Source of the DNA: an uncultured bacterium
GTDB lineage: Bacteria; Desulfobacterota; Binatia; HRBIN30; CADEER01
Assembly: GCA_965651925.1 (NCBI GenBank)
Contig: CBFGUK010000003.1
Location: 6,801-70,800 of the forward strand
DNA: 64,000 nucleotides
Direction: 5' to 3'
Positions 30,383 to 40,390 of the stretch are shown here, piece after piece (within the stretch, counting starts at the first letter, position 1; each line of letters opens with the position of its first letter). Under the pieces are notes generated by a model. It was given only the letters and a program-made list of their open reading frames with translations. It was not told the origin of the DNA and searched no databases. The translations under genes and the position numbers were made by a program.

Positions 30383-33300
30383 TCAGCGTACCGCCGTCTG
30401 CGGCGGCGCCCCGGATGCGGTGAGCGGCTGCTGCACCTCGCGCAGCACGCCCTGGATCTCCTGCACGAGGCCATCCCAGTCGGTGTGGCGCGGCGTGAAG
30501 CTGAGCTGGAAGTCGGCCGAGAGACGGAAGCGGCCCTTGCTGCGCTGCACGAGCGCGACGAGCTGATCGACCTCGACCGGCGCCTCGGGGTGGAACGTCA
30601 GCGTCACCGAGCCCTGGCGCAGGATGGCGCGCACGATCATGCACGCCTTCAGCACCCGGCGCAGATCCATGATGCGCAGGAAGCTGTCGACCAGCGGCGG
30701 AATCGGGCCGTAGCGCTCGCGCAGCTCGGTGGCGATCTCCTCGAGCTCCGGGGTGCCGCGCGTGTTCGCCAGCCGGCGGTAGAAGACGAGCCGCTGGTTC
30801 TCGTCGGGGATGTACGAGTCGGGGATGTAGGCCGGGAAGCCGAGCTGGATCTCCGGCTCGACGTCGATCGCGCGGCGCTGGCCGCGCAGCTCCATCACCG
30901 CCTCCTCCATCATCTGCGTGTAGAGCTCGAACCCGACGGCGCTGATCTGTCCCGACTGCTGCTTGCCGAGCAGGTTGCCGGCGCCGCGGATCTCGAGATC
31001 GTGCGCCGCGAGCTTGAAGCCGCCGCCGAGGTCGTCGAGCTCCTGCAGCACGCGCAGGCGCTTCTGCGCGTCCTTGGTGATCAGGTGCTCGCCGGGAATC
31101 ATCAGGTACGCGTAGGCGCGTTCGTGCGACCGGCCGACGCGGCCGCGCAGCTGGTAGAGCTGCGCGAGGCCGAAGTGGTCGGCGCGGTTGATGATGATCG
31201 TGTTCGCGTTCGGGATGTCGATGCCCGACTCGATGATCGTCGAGCACACCAGCACGTCGACCTCGCGCTGCATGAACTGCAGCATGACCTTCTCGAGCTC
31301 GCGCTCGTGCATCTGGCCGTGCGCGACGGCGAAGCGCGCCTCGGGGACGATGGTGTGCAGGTGGCGTGCCATCAGCTCGATGTTCTCGACCACGTTGTGC
31401 ACGAAGAACACCTGCCCCTGCCGGCCGAGCTCGCGGCGGATCGCATCGCGGATGACGTCGTCGTCGAAGCGCGTGACGTAGGTGCGCACGGCGAGGCGGT
31501 CGACCGGCGGTGTCTCGATCACGCTCAGGTCGCGGATGCCGGTGAGCGACATCTGCAGCGTGCGCGGGATCGGCGTCGCGGTCATCGCCATGACGTCGAC
31601 CAGCGCGCGCAGCTGCTTGATCTTCTCCTTGTGCTTGACGCCGAAGCGGTGCTCCTCGTCGATGACGAGCAGCCCGAGCTGCTTGAACCGCACGTCGTCC
31701 TGCAGCAGGCGGTGCGTGCCGATGACGATGTCGACGGCGCCGCTCGCCAGCCCGCGCAGCACCTCGCGCTGCTGCGCCGCGGTCTGGAAGCGCGACAGCT
31801 GCTCGACGCGCACCGGGTAGCCCTCGCAGCGCCGGCGGAACGTGACGAAGTGCTGCTGCGCGAGCACGGTGGTCGGCACGAGCACGGCGACCTGACGGCC
31901 GTCCATGACGGCGAGGAACGCGGCGCGCAGCGCCACCTCGGTCTTGCCGTACCCGACGTCGCCGCAGATCAGGCGGTCCATCGGCTTGTCGCGCGCCAGG
32001 TCGGCCATGACGTCGTCGATCGCCTGCTTCTGGTCGGGCGTCTCCTCGAACGGGAAGGCGGCCTCGAACTCGCGGAAGTAGTTGTCCGGCGCGACGTAGG
32101 CGCGGCGCGCATCGATCTCGCGGGCGGCGTGGACGTCGAGCAGCTCCCTGGCCATGGCGAGGATCGACTCGCGCGTGCGCGCCTTGACCTTCTCCCAGCT
32201 CGCGCCGCCGAGCTTGTCGAGCGTCGGCGCGCTGCCTTCGGCACCGACGTACTTCTGCACCAGGCTGATGCGGTCGACCGGCAGGTAGAGGCGGTCGCCG
32301 CCGGCGTACTCGAGGTGCAGGTAGTCGCCCTCGGTGCCGGCGACCTGGAGGTGACGCAGGCCGCGGTAGATGCCGACGCCGTGGTCGAGGTGGACGACGT
32401 AATCCTCGGGCTTGAGCTCGGAGAGGCTCTGCAGGAGCTGCGAGACCGACACACGGCGGGCGGCGCGGCGCCGGGCTTCGCCGAACACGTCCGCCTCGGT
32501 GACCACCGCGAGGCCATCCTCGGGGACGCGGAAGCCCTCGCTCAGGTGGCCGAGGAGGATGTCGACGCGCGGCGGGCCGCCGGCACGCGGCTCGGCGACG
32601 ACCTCGCTGAACGGGCGCGCGCCGACGCTCGCGCGGATCTCGTTCGTTTCCAGCAGGCGGGCGAGGCGTTGCGCCTGTGGCTCGGTGCCGGCGACGAACA
32701 CGAGGCGCTGCCCGTCGGCCTGCCAGGCGCGCACCTGCTCGGCGACCGGCGCGAAGCTCACCTCGTGCCGCTGGTGCGTGCGCGCGGCACGCAGGTCGGC
32801 GGTCGAGAACGACTGCACCGAGAAGCGCGTGTCGCTCGGGTCGGCGGCGAGCAGATCGAGCATCTCGAGCTCGAGCCGGGGTCGCGTCGCGAGCGCCGCG
32901 CGCCACGCGGCGGGTGTCAGGTACAGCGTGTCCGGTGGCGGCAGGAAGCGGTGCTCGGCGAGCCGCTCGGCGGCACGCCGCTCGACCAGCGCCGCGAAGC
33001 GCTCGAGCTGCGCGTCGACCTCGCCCGCCTGATCGATGCAGACCAGGCAGTCGGCGGGCAGGTAGTCCCAGACGGTGTCGAGTCGCGGATGGAAGTACGG
33101 CAGGCAGAACTCGACGCCGGGGAACAGCAGCCCGCTCGCCAGCCCGTCCATGATGATCGCGCGCTCGTCACGCAGCAGCTCGAGGTCGAGCGCGCGCATC
33201 TCGATCGTGCGCGCGATCTCCGGGCGCTGCCCGGCGGTCGGGTCGAATTCGCGCATCGGCAGGACGAGCAGCTCGGCCTGCGCGCCGGCGAGGCGCTGGC

Positions 33301-33955
33301 TGACGGGATCGAACGCGTGCATCGCCTCGATCTGATCGCCGAACAGCTGCAGGCGCAGCGGCTGCGGGTGCGCGGGCGGGAAGATGTCGACGATGCCGCC
33401 GCGCACGGTGAAGTCGCCGCGGTCCTCGACCAGCGGCACGCGCCGGTAGCCCCAGGAGACGAGCTGCGCGGCGACCGCGTCGCGGTCGATCTCCTCGCCC
33501 TCGACCAGGTACAGGTACTGGCTGGCGAACGGATCACGCGGCGGCACGCGCTGCAGCAGGGCCTCGGCGGTCGTGACGATGATCGGGTGGCGGCTCTGGC
33601 GCAGGTGGTAGAGGCCCTCGATGCGCGCCGCGACGACGTCGGGCGTCGGCGACAGATCCTCGAACGGCGTCACTTCCCAGCCCGGCAGATAGTGCACGCG
33701 GCGGGCGAACGGCGCGACGTCGTCCGGCTCGCCGAGGCAGAAGCGCAGGTCGCCGGCGAGGCGCTCGGCCTCCTTGCCGCCGGGCGCGATGATCAGCGCC
33801 GGACGCGGCGCCGCCTGGAGCAGGCGGTACAGGAAATAGGCGCGGGCGCCTCCCTTGAGGCCCTGAACGCGCCACTCGGCGGCGCCCGGCCGCGCGAGAC
33901 CGGCGGCCAGTGCGCGCAGAGCGGGCTCCCAGGTTCTGGCTGCGGGAAGGCTCAT
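30383..33955 (-). CDS. mfd: Transcription-repair coupling factor Mfd.
   Basis: Internal Met [11 protein letters not shown] of the track ORF 30383..34198. UvrB-homology N-domain, RNAP-interacting domain, DEAD-like helicase ([19 protein letters not shown]), TRG motif region. 1190 aa. Confidence 0.95.
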   Translation of the reverse strand: MSLPAARTWEPALRALAAGLARPGAAEWRVQGLKGGARAYFLYRLLQAAPRPALIIAPGGKEAERLAGDLRFCLGEPDDVAPFARRVHYLPGWEVTPFEDLSPTPDVVAARIEGLYHLRQSRHPIIVTTAEALLQRVPPRDPFASQYLYLVEGEEIDRDAVAAQLVSWGYRRVPLVEDRGDFTVRGGIVDIFPPAHPQPLRLQLFGDQIEAMHAFDPVSQRLAGAQAELLVLPMREFDPTAGQRPEIARTIEMRALDLELLRDERAIIMDGLASGLLFPGVEFCLPYFHPRLDTVWDYLPADCLVCIDQAGEVDAQLERFAALVERRAAERLAEHRFLPPPDTLYLTPAAWRAALATRPRLELEMLDLLAADPSDTRFSVQSFSTADLRAARTHQRHEVSFAPVAEQVRAWQADGQRLVFVAGTEPQAQRLARLLETNEIRASVGARPFSEVVAEPRAGGPPRVDILLGHLSEGFRVPEDGLAVVTEADVFGEARRRAARRVSVSQLLQSLSELKPEDYVVHLDHGVGIYRGLRHLQVAGTEGDYLHLEYAGGDRLYLPVDRISLVQKYVGAEGSAPTLDKLGGASWEKVKARTRESILAMARELLDVHAAREIDARRAYVAPDNYFREFEAAFPFEETPDQKQAIDDVMADLARDKPMDRLICGDVGYGKTEVALRAAFLAVMDGRQVAVLVPTTVLAQQHFVTFRRRCEGYPVRVEQLSRFQTAAQQREVLRGLASGAVDIVIGTHRLLQDDVRFKQLGLLVIDEEHRFGVKHKEKIKQLRALVDVMAMTATPIPRTLQMSLTGIRDLSVIETPPVDRLAVRTYVTRFDDDVIRDAIRRELGRQGQVFFVHNVVENIELMARHLHTIVPEARFAVAHGQMHERELEKVMLQFMQREVDVLVCSTIIESGIDIPNANTIIINRADHFGLAQLYQLRGRVGRSHERAYAYLMIPGEHLITKDAQKRLRVLQELDDLGGGFKLAAHDLEIRGAGNLLGKQQSGQISAVGFELYTQMMEEAVMELRGQRRAIDVEPEIQLGFPAYIPDSYIPDENQRLVFYRRLANTRGTPELEEIATELRERYGPIPPLVDSFLRIMDLRRVLKACMIVRAILRQGSVTLTFHPEAPVEVDQLVALVQRSKGRFRLSADFQLSFTPRHTDWDGLVQEIQGVLREVQQPLTASGAPPQTAVR

Positions 33956-34070
33956 GGACGCGGTGAACCTCTCCCGATACCAGCCGTCATGGACCGCAAC
34001 AACGGCACCCGGCCACACGGGCTGCCGGGAGCGCGCCGGCGCCCGCCGAGGCGCCGGCGGAACGTGCCCC

Positions 34071-34490
34071 TCACTCCCCGCTGGCGCGGTTGGCGCGGCG
34101 GAACGCCTTGTACACCTCGACGACGGTCTCGCGCTGCTGCTCGGTGAGGTGCGGGTCGCGGCGCAGCTCGCGCACCGCATCCGACTCGTCGACCTCACGC
34201 GGATCGAGGACCCCGGCCTGCAGATAGAGCGTCTCGGCCGACAGCCGCAGCGCCCCGGCGAGGGTCTGCAGGATCGCCTGGCTGGGATTCTTCAGCCCGC
34301 CCTCGATCTCCTTCAGCACGGCGCCGGAAATGCCGCTGCGTTCGATGATCTTGCGCAGCGAGATGTCGGCGAGGTTGCGCTGGCGGCTCAGGTAGTCGCT
34401 GAGCGACGACTGGCGCGGGCGCTGCGCGGGTTCGGGAACGGCGGCGGCCTCCGGTCGCGGTGCTGCGGGCGGTTTCCGCTTGCGCGCCAT
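34071..34490 (-). CDS. XRE-family helix-turn-helix transcriptional regulator.
   Basis: 139 aa. HTH_3-like segment ISLRKIIERSGISGAVLKEIEGGLKNPSQAILQTLAGAL. Divergent from the PLP enzyme gene. Confidence 0.7.
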   Translation of the reverse strand: MARKRKPPAAPRPEAAAVPEPAQRPRQSSLSDYLSRQRNLADISLRKIIERSGISGAVLKEIEGGLKNPSQAILQTLAGALRLSAETLYLQAGVLDPREVDESDAVRELRRDPHLTEQQRETVVEVYKAFRRANRASGE

Positions 34491-34590
34491 GCCGAGCTAG
34501 TCGCACGCGGCGGGCGCGCCGGCAATACCCGCGCCGGCCGGCAGCGGCCGACGGGCGCGCAGCGATCGGGAAAACTGGTAAGAGGGCGCG

Positions 34591-35712
34591 ATGCGAGAGG
34601 AACGGACGCCGACCGAGGCGCTGCCACTGGTGCGCCGCTTTCCGCGCCTGGCGCGGCTGCCGCGGCACGCGCTCACGTGCCTGCCGACGCCGGTGATGCC
34701 GCTCGAGCGGCTGGCGGCGGCCGCCGGCGCCGGCCCGCTGTGGGTAAAGCGCGATGATCTGACCTCGCCGCTCTACGGCGGCAACAAGCCGCGCAAGCTC
34801 GAGTGGCTGCTCGGCGCCGCCGTGGCGCGCGGCCGGCGGGCGGTGATCACGTTCGGCGGCATCGGCACGCATCACGGCCTCGCCACCGCGATCTGCGCGC
34901 GCGATGCCGGGCTGGACACCGTGCTGGTGCTGCTGCCGCAGCCGGTGACCGCGCACGTCCGCCAGTGCCTGCTCCTGCACCGCGCCGCCGGCGCCGAAAT
35001 GCTGTTCGCGCCGTCGGTGCCCGGCGTCGCCGGCTGCGCGCTACGCCGGCTCGCCGCGGGCGCGCTCGCCGGCAAGCCGCTGGCCATCATTCCGACCGGC
35101 GGCACGTCGGCGCTCGGTGCGATCGGCTACGTCAATGCCGGGCTCGAGCTCGCCGAGCAGATCGCCGACGGCGTGCTGCCCGAGCCGGCGGCGATCGTCG
35201 TGCCGCTCGGCAGCGGCGGCACGGTGGCAGGCCTGGTGCTCGGCCTGCGCCTGGCCGGCCTGCGCTGCCCCGTGCACGCCGTGCTGGTCAGCGACATCCT
35301 GCCGCCGAGCTCGGCGGCGCTCGCGCGTCTGGCGCGCGCCGCGCTGCGCCGCCTGCGCCGCGCCGATCCGGCGGTGCCGGCGGTCGCCATCACCGCCGCC
35401 GACTTCCCCGTCGAGCGGACGTATCTCGGTCGCTGCTACGGGGCGGTCACCGAGGCCGGTCTTGCCGCCCAGCGCCTGTTTGCCGAGCACGAGGACATCG
35501 CGCTGGAGACGACCTACACCGCCAAGGCCGCCGCGGCGCTGCTCGACTGCGCCGCGCGCCCGGAGTGGCGCGGCCGGCCGCTGCTGTTCTGGAACACTTA
35601 CAACTCGGTCGACCTCACCGCCCGCTATGCGCCCCTGCCTGACTGGCGGACGCTGCCGGCGCCGTTCCATCAGTTCTTCGCCGCCGAGCACGCATCGGCG
35701 GCCGGAATGTGA
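34591..35712 (+). CDS. PLP-dependent enzyme of the 1-aminocyclopropane-1-carboxylate deaminase / D-cysteine desulfhydrase family.
   Basis: 373 aa. LYGGNKPRKLEWLL with the PLP lysine, and a glycine-rich loop GGTSALGAIGY, typical of the tryptophan-synthase-beta-like fold. Confidence 0.8.
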   Translation: MREERTPTEALPLVRRFPRLARLPRHALTCLPTPVMPLERLAAAAGAGPLWVKRDDLTSPLYGGNKPRKLEWLLGAAVARGRRAVITFGGIGTHHGLATAICARDAGLDTVLVLLPQPVTAHVRQCLLLHRAAGAEMLFAPSVPGVAGCALRRLAAGALAGKPLAIIPTGGTSALGAIGYVNAGLELAEQIADGVLPEPAAIVVPLGSGGTVAGLVLGLRLAGLRCPVHAVLVSDILPPSSAALARLARAALRRLRRADPAVPAVAITAADFPVERTYLGRCYGAVTEAGLAAQRLFAEHEDIALETTYTAKAAAALLDCAARPEWRGRPLLFWNTYNSVDLTARYAPLPDWRTLPAPFHQFFAAEHASAAGM

Positions 35713-35800
35713 CTCCCGATCGCGCCGGCGCGGCATCGGTCGCGCGGGAACGCGCAGGCACTCGCTTGGCGTACCCCGAGGGCTTGTGTAGGGCAGGGCC

Positions 35801-36349
35801 ATGGACGTGCGTGTCGACCGGCGCCGCTTTCTCGGACTCGCCGGGTTCTCCGCCGGCATGCTGGCGCTGGCGCGGTTGCGCGCGCTGCCGGCGGCGGCCC
35901 ACGCGGTGGCTGCGACGGATGCGCCGCTTTACGTCCTCGGCGCCGACGACGCGCGCATCATGGCGGCGGTCGCCGAGCGCATGACGTTCACGGGTGATGC
36001 GAGCATGCCGCTCTTCTCCGCCACCGACGGGCTGCGCACCATCGACACCGCGCTGCGGCAGGCGGCGCCCGACGTCGCCTACCAGCTGTCGTGGGCATTG
36101 TGGCTGTTCGAATTCGGCCCACCGCTGCTGATCGGCAAGCCGGCGCGCTACACGCGTCTCGCGCCGCAGTGGCAGGACGTCTATCTCGCCGACTGGGCGG
36201 CGAGCGGCCTGCAGATGCGCCGCATGATCTTCCAGGCGCTCAAGAACCTCTCGATGCTCGGCTACTACGCGCAGGATGCGACCTGGGCCGGCATCCATTA
36301 CGGCGGTCCCCTGCTGCCGCGGCCCCGCATGGTGCTGCCGGATACCTGA
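35801..36349 (+). CDS. Tat-exported small subunit of the gluconate 2-dehydrogenase subunit 3 (gamma) family.
   Basis: 182 aa. Twin-arginine signal RRRFLGLAG. Family-typical pairing with the downstream GMC flavoprotein. Confidence 0.7.
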   Translation: MDVRVDRRRFLGLAGFSAGMLALARLRALPAAAHAVAATDAPLYVLGADDARIMAAVAERMTFTGDASMPLFSATDGLRTIDTALRQAAPDVAYQLSWALWLFEFGPPLLIGKPARYTRLAPQWQDVYLADWAASGLQMRRMIFQALKNLSMLGYYAQDATWAGIHYGGPLLPRPRMVLPDT

Positions 36350-36398
36350 CGAACCACTTCCCGGCGAAAGACGATCCGCCACCGAGGGCGCCGAGGAC

Positions 36399-36530
36399 AT
36401 GAAGTTGAACAGACTTGATCGTTCCAGATTCGATGGGCCAGTCGACTCGGTGTCCTCGACACCCTGGGTGGCTGATCTGTCGGCGCTGGCCAGCGCAGCG
36501 CTGTCACCGGTCACGGTTCCCTTCCCATGA
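36399..36530 (+). CDS. Small ORF (43 aa) between the gamma-like subunit and the GMC flavoprotein, speculative.
   Basis: ATG preceded by the GAGGA Shine-Dalgarno (ccgaGGAcATG). Its stop overlaps the GMC start as ATGA. MKLNRLDRSRFDGPVDSVSSTPWVADLSALASAALSPVTVPFP. Confidence 0.25.
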   Translation: MKLNRLDRSRFDGPVDSVSSTPWVADLSALASAALSPVTVPFP

Positions 36531-38065
36531 TCACGCGCGGCCGTACCCTCGATCGCGATCTGCACCTGCGCGCCGAGGTCTGCGTCATCGGCAGCGGCGC
36601 CGGTGGGGCGGTGATCGCCAGGGAGCTCGCCGAGGCGGGGCGCGACGTGGTGGTGCTCGAGCAGGGCGGCTACCACACGAAGGAGGATTTCACGCAGCGC
36701 GAGGACGAGATGATGCCGCTGCTCTTCGAGGACATGGGGCAGCGCGCGACCGACGATCAGTCGGTCCTCATCCTCCAGGGCCGCAACGTCGGCGGCTCGA
36801 CGGTGCACAATCTCTGCTACTGCTTCCGCACCCCGGAACCGATCCTGCACCGCTGGGCCGAGCTCGGCGTGCGCGACATGGGCCCGACCGAGCTGCTGCC
36901 CTCCTTCGAGCGCGTCGAGCGCATGCTCAAGGTGAAGCCGATCCGTCCCGACGAGGTCAACGCGCTCAACAACAAGGTTCGCGTCGGCGCCGAGAAGCTC
37001 GGCTACAGCGGCTTCGTCACCAACCACAACCGCGAAAACTGCACCCAGTCCGGCTTCTGCCTGCTCGGCTGTCCGTTCGATGCCAAGCAGAGCATGCTGA
37101 TCACCTACATCCCGGCGGCCGAGCGGGCCGGCGCGCGCATCTACGCCGACTGCGCGGTGCGGCGCCTGGTCACCGAGGCCGGGCGCGTGCGTCGCGTCGA
37201 GGGCGAGATCCTCGATGCGCTCAACCGGCCGCGGCACCGCCTCACCGTCGATGCGCAGGTGGTGGTGCTCAGCGCCGGTGCGATCAACTCGCCGGCGCTG
37301 CTGCTCGCCAGCGGCATCGCCAACGGCAACGGCCGCGTCGGCCAGGACCTGCACCTGCATCCGAGCGTGCTGCTCTCCGGCATCTACGACGAGGACATCT
37401 ACGGCTACCGCGGCATCCCGCAGAGCTACTACGTCGACGAGTTCATCGATCTCGAGCGCGATCCCGACAGCGGCTACGTGCTGATGCCGGTGTACGGCTT
37501 CCCGGTGATGACGGCGGCGCAGCTGCCCGGCTTCGGGCCCGCGCACTTCGAGATCATGCGCAACTTCCACCGCATGGTCGGCATCCTCGTGCTGATGCAC
37601 GATCAATCGAGCGGCACGGTGACCGCCGACCGCAGCGGGCGGCCGCGCATCACCTACACGCTGAACGAGAAGGATCGCCGGTTGATGGCCGAGGGCATGC
37701 GGCATTGTGCCGAGATCCTGTTCGCCAGCGGGGCGCGGCAGGTGATCGCGCCGTACGACCGGCCGGTGATGCTGGCGCCCGGCGATGCGCTCGACGTATT
37801 CGCGACGCGCGGCGTGCGCCAGGGCGAGATTCCGATCGCCTCGACGCATCCGCAGAGCACCTGCCAGATGGGCGAGGATCGCACGCGCGCGGTCGTCAAC
37901 TCGTACTGCCAGTCGCACGAGGTGCCGAACCTGTTCGTCTGCGACATGAGCGTCTTCCCGACCTCGCTCGGCGCGCCGCCGCAGATCTCGACCGCGGCGA
38001 TCGCCGACCGTACCGCGCACTACATCGCCGCGAACTGGGCACGGCTGGGCGCGTCGCCCGCTTGA
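36527..38065 (+). CDS. GMC-family FAD-dependent oxidoreductase (dehydrogenase large subunit).
   Basis: 512 aa. FAD-binding GSGAGGAVIARELAEAG. GMC signature regions and a C-terminal active-site His context. Confidence 0.85.
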   Translation: MITRGRTLDRDLHLRAEVCVIGSGAGGAVIARELAEAGRDVVVLEQGGYHTKEDFTQREDEMMPLLFEDMGQRATDDQSVLILQGRNVGGSTVHNLCYCFRTPEPILHRWAELGVRDMGPTELLPSFERVERMLKVKPIRPDEVNALNNKVRVGAEKLGYSGFVTNHNRENCTQSGFCLLGCPFDAKQSMLITYIPAAERAGARIYADCAVRRLVTEAGRVRRVEGEILDALNRPRHRLTVDAQVVVLSAGAINSPALLLASGIANGNGRVGQDLHLHPSVLLSGIYDEDIYGYRGIPQSYYVDEFIDLERDPDSGYVLMPVYGFPVMTAAQLPGFGPAHFEIMRNFHRMVGILVLMHDQSSGTVTADRSGRPRITYTLNEKDRRLMAEGMRHCAEILFASGARQVIAPYDRPVMLAPGDALDVFATRGVRQGEIPIASTHPQSTCQMGEDRTRAVVNSYCQSHEVPNLFVCDMSVFPTSLGAPPQISTAAIADRTAHYIAANWARLGASPA

Positions 38066-38109
38066 CCGCACGCCGCCCGCTCGCCACGGTGCACGCCGGG
38101 GAGGGGGCG

Positions 38110-38262
38110 ATGGAGCGACGTGACGAGCCGCGGTCGGGCGGCGAACCCGACGTGACGCCGTACTGCTACAACTGCGGCGAACGCGGCGAATGGCAGAAGT
38201 GCAAGCTCATCTGCCGCAACCCGCGCTGCGCGGTGCTGATCATCCTCGCGTGCGTCGATTGA
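38110..38262 (+). CDS. Small Cys-rich ORF (50 aa), speculative Zn-ribbon-like.
   Basis: MERRDEPRSGGEPDVTPYCYNCGERGEWQKCKLICRNPRCAVLIILACVD: CxxC...CxxxC...C spacing. 44 nt downstream of the GMC gene. Confidence 0.25.
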   Translation: MERRDEPRSGGEPDVTPYCYNCGERGEWQKCKLICRNPRCAVLIILACVD

Positions 38263-38322
38263 GCGCTCGACCGGACGCGGGGACGAGCGCGCCGGCGGCG
38301 CGCCGGCCGCGCGGTCGCGACG

Positions 38323-38733
38323 TCAGGCCGGGAGCGGCTCGAACTTCGGCAGCGTCACCACGTCGCTGATCTGCTCGAAGACGACGCGCGCCGGCATGCC
38401 GATGCGGATGGCGTGCGGGTCGACGCCGACGAGGTTCGAAACCATCCGCGGCCCCTCGGCGAGCTGCACGATGACCACCGCGTAGGGCACCTCGGTGGCG
38501 AAGCCGGGGTGGTAGACCTGGTGCATCACGGTGAAGCTGAACACCTCGCCGCGGCCGCTGACCGGGATCCACTCCGACGCGGTCGAGAGGCATGCGGTAC
38601 ACAGCGGCCGCGCCGGAAAGCGCAGCGCGCCGCAGCCGCCGCAGCGCTGCACGACGAGCTCGCCGCGTGCCGCGGCGGCGTAGAACGGCCGCATCTCCTC
38701 GGTGATCGCCGGGACGGGCTTCGCCGCCGCCAT
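38323..38733 (-). CDS. Zn-ribbon/OB-fold protein (DUF35 family), partner of SCP-x-type thiolases.
   Basis: Internal Met MAAAKPVPAITEE of the track ORF 38323..38820. CGGCGALRFPARPLCTAC rubredoxin-like Zn ribbon, then an OB-fold. Confidence 0.75.
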   Translation of the reverse strand: MAAAKPVPAITEEMRPFYAAAARGELVVQRCGGCGALRFPARPLCTACLSTASEWIPVSGRGEVFSFTVMHQVYHPGFATEVPYAVVIVQLAEGPRMVSNLVGVDPHAIRIGMPARVVFEQISDVVTLPKFEPLPA

Positions 38734-38740
38734 CGCCGGA

Positions 38741-39919
38741 TCAGTGCGCATTGCCGAGCACCAGCGTCGCGTGCGTGGAGAGGATGCCGCCGTTGCCGCT
38801 GACCAGCGCGACGCGCGCATCGCGGACCTGCCGTTCGCCGCCGTCGCCGCGCAGCTGGATGACCGCCTCGGAGATCGGCGTCATGCCCCACATATAGAAG
38901 GACGACAGCTGGCCGCCGCCGGTGTTGACCGGCAGTGCGCCGCCGGGCGCGAGGCGCGTGCCGTCGCCGACGAAAGCGCCCCCCTCGCCCTTGGCGCAGA
39001 AGCCGTAGTCCTCGAGCGAGACGAGCACGGTGAACGTGTAGCAGTCATAGAGCTCGACGACGTCGATGTCGTCGCGGGTCAGGTCCGCCATCGCGAACGC
39101 CTGCGCCGCCGCGAGCGGAGCGCCCGAGGTCAGCGTATCGAGTGGATCGCCGCCGGGGTGCCCCTGGCCCATGCCGAGCACGTACACCGGCGCCCGCCGG
39201 GCGTCGCGCGCCCGTTCGGCGCTGGTGACGATCACCGCGAGGCCGCCGTTCGACACCAGGCAGCAGTCGAGCAGGTGAAACGGCTCCACCACCCAGCGCG
39301 AGCGGTGATAGTCGTCGCGCGTCATCGGCGTCGCGAAGAACTGCGCCGCCGGGTTGCGGTTCGCCCACTGCCGCTGCGCGACGGCGATCGCGCCGAGGTG
39401 GTCGTTCGTCGTGCCGAAGCGGTGCATGTGGCGCCGCGCAATCATCGCGTACGCGGCGTTGACGCCGAAGTGTCCGTACGCCGCCTCGAGGCCGCGGCCG
39501 AAGCCGTAGGCGCCGGCCGATCCGCTGCGCGCGGCGTCGCCGCTGCCCGCCGGCCGCGGCGGCTTGAGCGGCGCGTCGGAGAAGACACAGGCGACCGCAC
39601 GGCATTGCCCGCTGGCGATCGCCTGCGCGGCGACCTGCACCATCGTCGCGGCGGTGGCACCGCCCGAGTTCATGCTGGCCGACAGGCGGAGGTCGCGCAG
39701 GCCCATCGCCTGCTGGAGCTGGAACGACGCCATGCCGAAATCGCCCCACGACAGGCCAGGGTTGACCAGCAGGCCGTCGAGATCGCCGCGCGTCAGTCCC
39801 GCGTCGTCGAGCGCGAGCCGGACTGCCTCGACCGCGAAGCCGACGGGCGTGCGCCCGTACACCTTGCCCTGCGGCGTGATGCCCAACCCCGCGATCGCCG
39901 CGCGCCCGCGCAGTGACAT
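38741..39919 (-). CDS. Thiolase-like protein of the SCP-x / nonspecific lipid-transfer-protein type.
   Basis: Internal Met MSLRGRAAIAGLGITPQGK of the track ORF 38741..40108. The upstream part runs into the repeat region. Thiolase fold with C-terminal NTGGGQLS and GNGG. Confidence 0.8.
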   Translation of the reverse strand: MSLRGRAAIAGLGITPQGKVYGRTPVGFAVEAVRLALDDAGLTRGDLDGLLVNPGLSWGDFGMASFQLQQAMGLRDLRLSASMNSGGATAATMVQVAAQAIASGQCRAVACVFSDAPLKPPRPAGSGDAARSGSAGAYGFGRGLEAAYGHFGVNAAYAMIARRHMHRFGTTNDHLGAIAVAQRQWANRNPAAQFFATPMTRDDYHRSRWVVEPFHLLDCCLVSNGGLAVIVTSAERARDARRAPVYVLGMGQGHPGGDPLDTLTSGAPLAAAQAFAMADLTRDDIDVVELYDCYTFTVLVSLEDYGFCAKGEGGAFVGDGTRLAPGGALPVNTGGGQLSSFYMWGMTPISEAVIQLRGDGGERQVRDARVALVSGNGGILSTHATLVLGNAH

Positions 39920-39969
39920 GAGGTCGCGATAGCCGCGCGGCCCGGGCGGGGCAAGACGGTGAGGGGATC

Positions 39970-40047
39970 GGTGACCGGTGACCGGTGACCGGTGAGGTGC
40001 CGATCTGGATCGAGTGCTGACGTACTGACGTGTTGACGTGCTGACGT
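39970..40047. repeat. Left arm of a compound inverted repeat: a (gACCGGT)x3 heptad array followed by a (nnTGACGT)x4 octad array.
   Basis: 39970-39997 reads gGTGACCGGTGACCGGTGACCGGTGAgg. 40016-40047 reads gcTGACGTacTGACGTgtTGACGTgcTGACGT. Confidence 0.7.
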
Positions 40048-40309
40048 TTGTTCGTTGCGACGGAGTGACCTCGACGATGCATCGGGCGCGCGCCGTCCGC
40101 GGCAGCACGTCGGCTCATCAGCACATCAACACGTCAGCGCGGCCGTCAATCACCTTCGGCAGGATTCCGTGTCTATCGCGTCAGCCGCGCTGCGCGCGGC
40201 AACTTGCTCGCGCTGGAGCTGTCGGACGCCCCTCACCCTGACCCTCTCCCCTGGCGGGGAGAGGGGACCCGGGTTCGTCGCGCGTAGGGGACGCGCCCGT
40301 AGCGCAGTT

Positions 40310-40386
40310 CACGTCAGCACGTCAGCACATCAGCACGTCAGCACCGGCCGCGCGCCAGCGCGGCCGACCGGTCACCGGTCACGGTC
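40310..40386. repeat. Right arm of the compound inverted repeat, the reverse complement of the left arm: (ACGTCAgc)x4 then (ACCGGTc)x2.
   Basis: 40310-40345 reads cACGTCAgcACGTCAgcACaTCAgcACGTCAgcacc. 40366-40386 reads gACCGGTcACCGGTcacggtc. Between the arms lie the hairpins CTCTCCCCtggcGGGGAGAG (40244-40263) and GCGCGTaggggACGCGC, plus a further degenerate ACGTCAGC run at about 40105-40135. Confidence 0.7.
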
Positions 40387-40390
40387 TTCG

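Noticed and set aside
30261-32906. Upstream 880 aa of the 1497-aa ORF 28413..32906.
   Set aside because: Arg/Pro/Ala-rich and antisense to mfd. The genuine protein starts at the internal Met MKRAPVLLLL with a signal peptide (30260).
40038-40241. 67-aa ORF inside the repeat-rich intergenic region.
   Set aside because: Encoded by the TGACGT/ACGTCAGC arrays themselves (His/Gln/Thr/Ser low complexity), with no Shine-Dalgarno. It is more likely non-coding repeat DNA.
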